Assembly (NCBI RefSeq): GCF_000315625.1
Contig: NW_005434647.1
Span: 114,103-178,102, forward strand
DNA from: Guillardia theta CCMP2712
Lineage: Eukaryota; Protista; Cryptophyta
Length of the DNA stretch: 64,000 nucleotides
Reading direction: 5' to 3'
In this document: piece by piece, positions 26,759 to 36,768 of the stretch
Position numbering within the stretch: position 1 is the first letter of the stretch
How the letters are laid out: every line of letters begins with the position of its first letter
Made by a program: the position numbers and the translations under genes
The notes under the pieces: generated by a model
The model's input: the letters and a program-made list of their open reading frames with translations, nothing else
Databases searched by the model: none
What the model was told of the DNA's origin: nothing

Positions 26759-28056
26759 ATGGTTTCTGCATTGGATCAAAACGGCCCGCAGTACTTGCAA
26801 AACCCAATCGTTATCGCAGCAGATTGGATTGGGTTCATTGCCTTATTTGGTATCGATGACATGACTTGATCTTGTTATGAAAGCTGAGTTTACGTGTAGG
26901 ATCTTCTCTTGCTGTAGCATACAAACTTGTTACTTTCAAAGGACCAGACCAAGATGATGTCTACTTCTTTGGGTTTGGAAACGAATCCTTGCTTCTTCCG
27001 TTGTTGATCCCTCATCAGATACCGTGAGGAAAAGATGATCTCGGTGTTCGTGAATCTCTTTGCAGCTTTAGCATACGTAAGTATTTAACTTGATTCCTTG
27101 CTCTGCCTCTGATTGTCATTGCTCAGTGGGCAAAATTAGCGTCACATGCCAATGGAGATGTCGGGCCCGCAGCGTCAGTGACAACCTACAAGTATCTGGA
27201 CTACTTGTTCACCTGCCCGCTCCTCACCATCGATCTCTTGTGGTGCCTCAATCTCCCCTACAAGTTCACCTTTGGCGCCATCGTGGCTGTGTGCATCTTG
27301 TGCGCCTTCATGGCCTCGGTCATTCCTCCGCCGGCCCGTTACATGTGGTTCGGCATGGGCATCACCGTCTTCTCTGCAGCATGGTTCAACATCTTGAAGC
27401 TCGTGCGCATGCGCCTCGAGCAGTTTGTGAGCAAAGAGGCGAAGAAGGTCCGTCAGTCCCTCAAGGTTGCCTGCATGACTTACTTCTTCATCTGGCTCGG
27501 ATACCCTACCCTGTGGGTGCTCGGCGACGCTGGCGTGCTCGACTCAGTGGTTTCAGCTTTGTTGCACACGTTCTTAGACGTTTTCTCCAAGTCAATTTAC
27601 GGCTTTGCCCTGCTGCACTTTGTGATGAGAACCGACAAGAGAGAGTTCATCTTCGTGCCTCTGAAGCCTTCGGTTGAGAAGATCGTGGTCGAAGACGACG
27701 AATCAACGAGCTCGCGAGCCGAGTCGACGCGCGCGTCCAAGTCCAAGATCATGATCGGCTCGAGGGTCAAGAAGTTGCGGAGCTCAGCGACTGATGAGCT
27801 ACGACCGAGCGCGACAAACATGAACCCCTGGCTGAACGGGTTGCCGAATGGATTGTCGATGGGAGGAAGCATGGGAAGCATGGGAGGAATGCCCGGCATG
27901 CCCGGAGGAATGGGTGATCACGGACTTGAAGACGTAGAGATGCACAATCAGTCGGCACAGCAGCAGTATCTGGCAACCCAGGAGGAGATCAATCAAGTGA
28001 ATAAGCAGCTCCAAGACCTCTTGATGCGTACTGGAGGAGCGGGTCGCTCGATTTGA
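26759..28056 (+). CDS. Bacteriorhodopsin-like cation channelrhodopsin (cryptophyte BCCR / GtCCR family), 383 aa, 4 exons
   Basis: Exons 26759-26849, 26900-26972, 27019-27076, 27127-28056 (introns 50, 46, 50 nt, all GT-AG) give MVSALDQNGP...ADWIGFIALFGSSLAVAYKL...GYREEK...YKYLDYLFTCPLLTIDLLW...WLGYPTLW...LDVFSKSIYG. Seven TM segments, helix-C D99/T103/D110 (DTD), D225 and retinal-binding K229. Confidence 0.95.
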
Positions 28057-28293
28057 AAGCAAGGATGCTTGTAAGATATATCACCTCGAGGAACCGCATT
28101 GGGTTGTGGCCTGAGCTCCACGTTTTGACGATTTGACTTTGATGGAACCCAGTGTCAGAGAGGGAGAAATGCTCCAATCTGCTCCAAGTTGCCGACAGAT
28201 GTTTCAAGTTTTGTGTTATTTACCATGTGAAGGATTAAATTATATACTCTGTTGCTGCCTGTCATAATTGTGTTCAAACATAGAGGTATAGAC

Positions 28294-28443
28294 GAAGTGT
28301 CAGTGGTGCGGGGTTTGAAATGGTGCAGATCCACCAATTTTGTTCAAAACCGTATCAAGTCTCGTGATGTCAATGCTGCTATGAATATTCTATTGTGCTA
28401 CATGTCTCTACCAGCACGACCAGATTTTCTGAAACGGCCTTGA
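28294..28443 (+). pseudogene. 3' fragment of a Fanzor (eukaryotic TnpB-like RNA-guided nuclease) gene
   Basis: Open frame EVSVVRGLKWCRSTNFVQNRIKSRDVNAAMNILLCYMSLPARPDFLKRP*. It has the RuvC-III signature RDxNAAxNI (28363-28389) preceded by Fanzor1-like VRGLxWC (28306-28326). No RuvC-I/II upstream. Confidence 0.8.
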
Positions 28444-28590
28444 ATCACACATGGGTCTGGTTATACTTCAACCTGTTCTTCATAGAAAGAAAGGATGAAG
28501 TACGAGTCAGACACAAGGAAATATTGGCGTGTGGGTCTTCCATGATCCATAATTTTGTGTCGTTTAGCTGATAGAGGTATAGACTATGAA
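28444..28590 (+). ncRNA. Candidate Fanzor omegaRNA (scaffold plus guide)
   Basis: Lies directly 3' of the Fanzor stop. Imperfect ~24-bp hairpin 28455-28512 (GTCTGG/TCAGAC, TACTTCA/TGAAGTA), second hairpin 28531-28550 (GTGGGTC-ttccat-GATCCAT), long-range GACACAA(28510-16)/TTGTGTC(28555-61) pairing. Boundaries and expression are inferred. Confidence 0.45.
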
Positions 28591-29527
28591 ACTTGTGACT
28601 ATGAAAGCTACTGTCAGTCTTTTACTCAAAGTTAAGTTAAAAATCAGTACGAGGACTCAGCCTCACAGGCGAAAAGACAGCAACAACCAATCCCTATATG
28701 GCCGACTGCTGTCCCCCAAACTACATGTAGGGGTGTAGTTTTAAACGGTAACATTAATATATATTTAAAGTATGATGCTACCACAACTTGAGAGAGACAC
28801 CGGTTAACAGCAAATATAATGGTTATTTTCAATAGAAATTTATAAGCATATAGTCTATATATAATCCTAGGTACTGAAATAAGGAGTTATAATGACCAAC
28901 TCGTACAGTTATTTCTCCATGCGGGGGAGAAGCGCGACAGGATGGCGGGGGGTGTGGGGCAGGGTGAGGAAGGAGACGAGAGGGAGGGCAGGGACAGGAA
29001 GACAATGAGCGATAGTTGAAGGGACGTTGCTGTGGAAAGATTGGAATCCCACGATGGCAGTTTCATCATGGAGGACGAGAGGACGGAGGAGTAAGTGAGT
29101 GATTAACAAGCAGAGGAAGGAATGGCGTGTAGGGAGATTGAGGGGCTGAAGAAGGAAGGACGAGGATGAAAAAGTTAGACACCAACAAACATGCATTGCA
29201 CATAGCTGTGAACCATGACGAAGACTAGCCCAAGGGCGATAGGTCGAGGCCTTGTTGAAGCAGTAGGGGGCTGGCCTTGGTGGAAAGGGAAGGAGTGAAG
29301 GAGGAAGGGGGGGAGGAGGGGAAGGGAGGGAGGGATACATGAGAAAGGGAGGGATACGTTAGCTTGTGATAGAAGACAGAAGAATGTGTGAAATAGCTAA
29401 TTAGACATGTCGGAGCTGACTCCAGCCGTGCATTGGTCTCGCGAGCCCCTCTACTTGCGCTCTCGTTGACGCCTTCTGACGTGCATGCGGTTGTTCAGGA
29501 CTCGATCTGGTTTCGCACCATTGAGAC

Positions 29528-30290
29528 ATGGGGAAGAGGAAGATCAAAGTAGAGAAGATCAAGGACGATCGCACGCGCCTTGCCACGTTCCAGAAGCGAA
29601 AGATGGGGCTGATCAAGAAAGCCATGGAGCTCTCCGTGCTGTGCGAGGTGGAGGTTGCTCTAGTGATCTTCGGTGCCCCCACCCAGACGTGCAAGCAAGG
29701 GAAGCTCTGCCAGTACTCGTCCAAGGACATTGACCTCCTTCTCACTAAGTTTGTTGACCTGCGCCCTGCGGAAGTGAGTCTCCCATCCTCCGCCCTGCTG
29801 TCTTCATCTACCCGAAGTCACCTAACATCTACTGGCGCTCTGTTCTCCCCTTCTTCCTCTCCTCTCCCCTCCTGTCCTGTGATCTACCATCCCCTCTCCT
29901 TCATCTGCGCCATCTCTGCTGCTTTCTTCACCTTCTGCGCAGCTGAATGTCAGGCAGGTTTACACTAACGACGACTATGAAAAGAAGTTCAAGGACGACG
30001 CTGGGGATGGAGAGGAGGACGAGGCAGCAGTAAACCCGGGGAACGGAAACTCTGCGACACCCGAGCAGCTCCAGGAGGCTCTGCAGCAGCTACAGCGGAC
30101 TAGCATGCCCTTCGTGCCGCAGCTGGGCGGTCCCATGCCAGGCTATCATCATCATCCCATGCCGGATCAGCTCATGCCCTCCCCGGCTCCTCCCAGCATG
30201 CAAAATCACCCTGCTCATCCTCCTCCTGGTATGCAGCCTGTTCCCCAGCAGCAACAAGCGCACCCCTCGATGCACGGAGGACAGCCATCT

Positions 30291-30355
<65 letters not shown>

Positions 30356-31380
30356 GCAGCAACAGCAGCAGCAACAGCAGCAGGAGCAAGGAGACGGAGA
30401 CGTGCAGCCCAAGGGGAAGAGAAAGAAAGGGCTTGCTCCCCTCGTTGTCATGAATCCCAACTCGCAGCCGGCGCTCCCATCAGCAGGAGGGAGGGACCGA
30501 AGTCTCTTGTCTGCTGGTCCGAGACCGTTGGACTCAGCGGGCAGAGAGTCGAGCTTGTTCCTCGGCGATGATGACCCGGGGCTTCAACTGCACAGTGCTG
30601 GTCCTCTGTGAGTGCCCTTCTCTTTCCTCCTCCTTCCTCCTGCCTCCCCCTCCTTCGTCGTTCCTCCTGCCTCCTCCTACCTCCTACCTCCTGTCTCCTG
30701 CCCCCTTCCTTACGCTTCACCTTGTCCTAGTGTTGACGGTTCGGCAGGTTCTCCTCTCACACTTTCTCTGGCGTGATGCCCTCGCCCTCTCTGCTCTCAG
30801 GCCCCATGTCAGCGTTCGGGGCAGGCGCTCCCTTCGGCTCACAGAACTCAGCCAACACGTTACAAGTGAGACAGAAGAAAGAGATGTTGAGGAGAGGAGA
30901 GTAGAGTAGAGTAGAGTAGAGTAGAGTAGAGGAGAGGAGAGGGAGTGGTTTGGGAGGTGGAGGGTGAGGAAGACAGGAAGCGAAGAAAGGATTGCTTGGG
31001 AAAAGATAGTAGGGAGCGAGGAGATGGGAAAAGGAAAGAAATGGGTATGGGTGCCGAAGTCGGAGTGAAGAGGGAGAGGCGGCAGAGTAAGGGCAGGAAG
31101 GTGGAACAAGGAGGACAAATGAAATGACAGGGAAGGAAGGCGAGCGTCCGGGAGTTTGCATGAGAGGAGGGGGGGGTGACCGGGCTGGTGCAGGGATCAG
31201 GCTTCTTCAGTATGGACCGGCAGCTCTCGGGAGGGTTTGAGATCAACGGTAGGCAAAGCGAAGAGAGCAGGGGAAAGAAGCTGACGGCCTTGCACAGAGA
31301 TGAACTTAAAGACTCCGACCGGGTCGTCGGCCATGGGGCAATCAGGTCCCCTCAGCATGCCCAACGACAAGATGAACTAG
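29528..31380 (+). CDS. MADS-box transcription factor, MEF2-like, with polyQ tract
   Basis: MGKRKIKVEKIKDDRTRLATFQKRKMGLIKKAMELSVLCEVEVALVIF, then QYSSKDIDLLL...EVYTNDDY. Exons approx 29528-29773, 29958-30607, 30748-30865, 31194-31248, 31298-31380. Confidence 0.9.
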
Positions 31381-31989
31381 TGAAGAGAAGGGCTGGGACG
31401 AGGCAGCGGGGGAAGGGCAAGGGAAGGGGGAAGGGAGAGGAAGCCTCGGTGTTTGTTTTTAAGAAAGGAATTCTTTCATCGTGAGAGATGGGCAGTGCGA
31501 GGGTTGAAATGATGTTGGTTCACCAAATGTTTCATAACTCGCATTGTACCTCGTGACATTAGAGCTGCACTGAACAGAGACAGAAACTTTCATGTGTGGC
31601 CATGGTCACTCACTAGTAAGTTTTCTGCACAACCAATATTCGACATATCGAAGATTTGAATGGTTCAAATCATATTTCAAGGTCTTGATCTTCCTTGACG
31701 TTTCAAGGTTAAGAAAGGAAGACAAGAAAGCTTCTCATGCTGCCTCGAGGTCCTGAGGGAAGAACATGTCCGTGTCTTCAGTCTGATCGCACCCCGTCAC
31801 TCGTTGAGGCAGACGTTGCAAAGAATGTTTGCCGAAGTCACCATGATTGTCATTAGAATATCACCACCATCACAAGTACATCTTCATCCTTCTCGTCATC
31901 ATTACATCAGCATGATCATTACATGTCATCAACACCACCACCGTCATTGACAATGTTATCGTCCTTTCTATAGTTGTTCGTTTCGCTTA

Positions 31990-34713
31990 CCTCAATGCAG
32001 AAGAGATTGTAAAAGAAACCTGGATTATAGTCAAATGTTTGCTCATGCAAATGACAATCGCCCCTCCCCCGCTATCACCCCTTCCCATCTTTTTCTCCAC
32101 CACTTCCACTCTCGCCTCTTCCTCCTCTTTACTGTACACCATTCCTCCTCCTCCTCCTCCTCCTCTCCCCTCTTCCCTCTCCCTCTTCCCTCTCCCTCTC
32201 CCTCTCCCTCTCCCTTACAAATGCGGCACTTCCGACGTAGTAGTTGACCATTCTCAAGATGAAGCTCAAGACGGAATGCCATCTAGTACCAGATCCCTTG
32301 AAGATGTTCGCCAGCACCTGCTCCTCCTCCTCAGTCTCCTCGTTTGCTCCCTCCCTCCTCTGACCCTCTGTTCCAAGACGCCCTCCATAAACTGGCCGCG
32401 GAAGTTGCTGAAAATGGCCACATAGAGGCCGACGAATCCAGCGACTTTGAGGACGACAGACAAGGGAGTGTAGCCTGCAAGAGTTTCAGACGTGGACCGA
32501 AAGAGGAGGAGAAGGAGGAGGAGGAGGAGAAGGAGGAGGAGGAGGAGAAAGGTGGGGATTGGGGTGACCCAGGGAGGCGGTGGCATGAGGAGAAGCATGA
32601 AGGCAGGGAAGGAAGTGGCAGCCGAGAAGGAGGAGGGGGAAGGAGAATACGATGATAATAAAGATGATGAAAGGATGATGGGAGGAGGAGGAGGAGGAGG
32701 AGGAGGATACAGAGAAGGTCAAGTAGCAGAGACAAGAGGAGGAGGCAACTGTCACCGCTCTCATCTTCGGAGGCGTCAGGTTGAAGGAGGAAGAGGGAGG
32801 GTGAGGGTTTCATCATGCTGGGGCTTTGAATGACTAACGTCGGACTCCTTGCAAATCGCCTCGCGTCGTGACGCTGCTCGCAGTTAGGAATGCCGACAGT
32901 CCCTCCTTCTCCTTCCTCCTCCTCCCCTAACCCCCACCCCTCCCTCTTCTTTCTACTCCCCCTCCTGTGCTCCTTCCATTTGCTGTTCCTCACGTATCCA
33001 GTCTCTATTCTCCATGTCCTTCTGTTCATGCCTCTTGCCAGTCTTCTATCCCCCCCCCNNNNNNNNNNNNNNNNNNNNNNNNNNNNNNNNNNNNNNNNNN
33101 NNNNNNNNNNNNNNNNNNNNNNNNNNNNNNNNNNNNNNNNNNNNNNNNNNNNNNNNNNTCCTCTTTCCCTCCCTCCCTCCTCCCCCCTGCTCTTCCTCCT
33201 CCAAGCACCTGCAATCTTCGCAGCCGCGGAGTGCTGGAGGGACTGATTGCGCTGTGTATCGGGGCTTCCCTCAGCACCTTCCCAGCTCCCCCCCTTCTCG
33301 TCACCTGTAGCTCGTCTTCCCCTTCTGCCCGCTGAACCGAATCCTGCTCCGCACCATCTGTACACCAGCCGACGGTCAGCGCCGTGCGCGGGTCCCCATG
33401 CGTTACCTTCTTGAGGGTTGATAGGAAGAATCGCAGCTGCAGCAGCAGGGAGCTGTAAACGTATCCTGCCACCATGATGAGCCCTCGAGAGCAGCAGCAG
33501 GAGCCTTTGAGACCGCAGACAGACGCGCCAGACCCGATGCTGCCAGCACACAAGTCAGAGGAGGCGGAGGCGGGAGGGAGGGGCCAGGATGAGGCGGTTG
33601 ATGGGAGCGAAGGAACCCTTAGCAAGCTGGAAAATTGTGGTGGAGAGACGAAACGTGGGAGAGCCAGGAGCGGATGGAAGGATGGAGGAGGAGAAGTAGC
33701 AAGGGATGCAGACGGGGGAAGCAGGGAGTAGCACATGAACAGAGCTGGCATGGGCTTGAGGTAAGCAAAGAGTCTCTGTCCTGCTGCTTCAGCCTCCGGG
33801 TCATCACGGAAGTACAAGAGGAACCTGAAGAGCAGAAAACGGGGGAGCGTCTTGGTTTGGCCTCTGCGGCAAGATCAGGAGCTCCTTTCCAGCACAACAT
33901 CCGCCACACCTTCCCAAACACACTAGAAGGGCAGCCGGACAGGAATCTCCCTAGGGCCCCCCGGTCCTCGTCCTGTGTGGAGGCCATGAGAGAATGGCAC
34001 AGGGTCTCTCCCTCTCCAGCTCACATGCGTCTGAACGACCGGAGCAGCGTACACAACGCACGCCAGGCACTGGATCATCACAATGAACAAATCAGCGCTC
34101 TGCAAGCGAGGTCAGCCGTTGACTCTGGCGTCCGCCCAGGAGGGCCCACGGACCACGAGGTCGAGTTGTTGAAGGAACGCTCCTCCTCGTTGCTGTATCT
34201 CCGCCACCGCCTGCATGCTGCAGCCCATGAGCGCCTGCCGACCCGTCAGCTACCATGGCAGGGAGGAGCCCTGGGGGCACCTCAGTGGACATCTTGAGGA
34301 AGAGGTCCTCGTCTGCTAGCATCCTCTGAGCGACATGGGTGAGCACACCGAGCAGAGAGCATCTCCTCTCCTCCTCTCACCCGCCAGATGATCTCGAACC
34401 TCAAAATCCAGCGAAAGTTGTGCGGAAGCTTTGCAAGCGCGGCTGCGTATCTTCCAACGACCTCTCCCGCCACTTCACCTCGTTTCACCGCGGCCGCGAG
34501 AGATTGCGGGATGCTCTCTTGCACTATGCCGCCACGCAGACGTAGCAAAGTCGCACCATGACCGAACGGCTTCTCCCGCTCTCTCGCAAGGAGCATTTGA
34601 AACTTTGTCGGGCATGCCCGTCCGGAAAGAGCATCTGTAGATTTCAACCCCCCCTTCATCTCGGAGAGCAGTACGAGAAGAACAATGATCAACTTGCTTG
34701 TGCTCCAGAACAT
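31990..34713 (-). CDS. RETICULATA-related (DUF3411) plastid membrane protein, multi-exon, 3' end uncertain
   Basis: Signal peptide plus LRLRGG, then RMLADEDLFLKM, AEIQQRGGAFLQQLDLV, CVVYAAP, CPSSVF, GLYVAIFSNFRGQFMEGVLEQR, LSFILRMVNYYVGS. These match the motif order of RER/DUF3411 proteins. Confidence 0.7.
33059..33158. other. Assembly gap (100 N)
   Basis: Run of N inside a low-complexity intron. Confidence 1.
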
Positions 34714-35453
34714 AGTTAACTATCTTGCTTCAGCAAGCTTTCGGGTTCATTGTCCCTAGCCTTCCTACTTTGTCTTCCCTCCACCGCGATACAACCCACC
34801 AGATCCTACCTAGAACAATCCACGGCCACCTTCACACAAGCTGGGACCACTCAAGGGCACTTGTCATCTCCTACAGCCTGCATTAACCATACGAAGATGT
34901 TACTGCCTCCTCTGCCGTTGCTGCTCCTACCCAACGCTCCCTGCCCGTCTCGCTCCTACCGAACCCTCCCGCCATTGCGCGCGGCCCCGATAGATTGCTG
35001 GCATAAAACTCAATTTTAAAAAAATGGGCCATGGAGGGGACGAGGGTACTTCCTCGAAAAAAGGGTTCTATCGGGCTACTACCCCCACCCCCACCCCCAC
35101 CCCCACCCCCACCCCCACACCCACACCCCCTCACCCCCCACCCTCCTTGAACCTTCCAAAGTACCCCGTACCCATACTATGTCCTTGATGAATCGCTCGT
35201 CTCTCCAGGTAGGGGTTATCAACCCCCCGCCGCTAACCCCCACCCCACTCCCCCCACCCCAACCCTCCACCCGAAAACAATGGGGTAGCAGGGGTAGCTC
35301 ACTAAGAAGTCTTCTCCAAACGGGCAGCGCCCGGTAACCCTGCCAGCAATTTTTCAATCCTGCAACCCCGGGGGGTATAGAGTGAGTATTTCCTATGTGT
35401 CGTTCTAATTAATACCTGCTATCATGTCCTGTCTCTTATCCCCAGCAGTCGCC

Positions 35454-36611
35454 ATGAAGCAGGGGACGACAGTCTTGGCGGAGATACCGGGAGACTACGA
35501 GCCATCGGAGGAGGGTAGAGCATGGCATGCAGCTCCTTGCTCCTGCTGACGTCTACGTCGACAGAAGTAACAGATTATGCCAAGTGGCTGGGTATCGACA
35601 CCGCCCAGGAGCAGAGCCTCATGTGGATAGCCAGGGAAGGTATCAAGGCGCCTCTCCCCCAAGGATGGAAAGCCTGCAAGTCGTCGTCGGGTGACATCTA
35701 CTACTTCAACTTCGAGACCAGCGAAAGCATGTAGCATTCTCCCTCTACATGCCGATACTTGTGCTGAAGTGAGGCCGGTTCTCAGGTGGGAACACCCACT
35801 CGACAACAAGTACAGACAGCTGTGCAGGAGGGAGCGCGAGAAGGCGAGGACAGCAAGCTAGATGAGGCCCGACCCAAGCAATCTGATATATGTTGTGTTG
35901 TGTGCAGATGGCAGAGGAGAAGGTCCAGTGCAGCGTGACGGAAATGAGGGAAACAGAGCAGAGGAAGGTACAGGGCATGATGTTGAGTGCCGCGATGTTG
36001 AACTTGTGCTTGAATGCAGATCCGTGAGCTTGAGATAGCGAGTAGCGAGAGAATCCGCAAGAAGAAGCAAGAGCTGGAGGAGTTGGAGAGGAGAGAGGTT
36101 CCCGCCCTGCCTCCTCTCTTTCCAGCACCTCACACAAAGCCAGATGGTCAAGGTCGAGCAGGAGGCGCAGGTTCAGCTGCAGAAGAAGAAGAGGATACAA
36201 TCGGGCAAGAGCAGAGAAACCAAAGAAGTGGCCCAGACAGCAGATGGCTCAGGGGTTAGCGAGGCATCGAATGGTATCGCGGAGCAGGATCGGGCAGCAG
36301 AGCAGCACAGGGTATACGAGAGTCACCTCAGCACCATGGAAAGGTCTGTCGAGCTTGCAGAAGAGACTCTTTCTCGAGTCTGGGCTGTGATGGATCAGAG
36401 AAGGAGCAACAGGCAGACTGTTGCCACCCAGGCTGGGAGCCCGATGCCAGAGGAGGAGATCCACATCAAGGTTCAGACAGCGGCGCAGATGGGGTTGAGG
36501 GTTAGTGCACAGAGTCTGGAAGCTACTCGCTCCCGCAGCAGCCTTGCACTTTGTGCAGCCTTGGGTTGTATTGTGGGGTATTGGATTGCGTCAAGGAGGG
36601 CAAGAGGATGA
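35454..36611 (+). CDS. CEP164-type WW-domain protein with coiled coil and C-terminal TM segment
   Basis: Spliced YEPSEE|EVTDYAKWLGID...LMWIAREGIKAPLPQGWKAC...GDIYYFNFETSESM|WEHPLDNKYRQL. Ends SLALCAALGCIVGYWIASRRARG*. Confidence 0.8.
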
Positions 36612-36768
36612 TAGAATGTACAAGGTAAGGAAATGTTGTGTGGTAGTAGAGCAGTGCGCTTGATGTAAGAAACTCGGTTTATTGGCGCCGTGTCTGCACA
36701 AACGAAGCAATTCAGGCGCTGTCAATGTTGAACATAGTACAATGAGGTTCTCGAGCTTCGGACAAGGC

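Noticed and set aside
26759-28056. Anion channelrhodopsin (GtACR) or proton-pump assignment
   Set aside because: ACRs lack a carboxylate at the D85 position, and this protein has DTD. Lys at R82, Tyr after D99 and TCP fit BCCRs rather than classical pumps.
28252-28443. Treating the 63-aa ORF as a functional mini-nuclease
   Set aside because: No ATG start, and it lacks RuvC-I/II, WED and REC regions. Kept only as a remnant.
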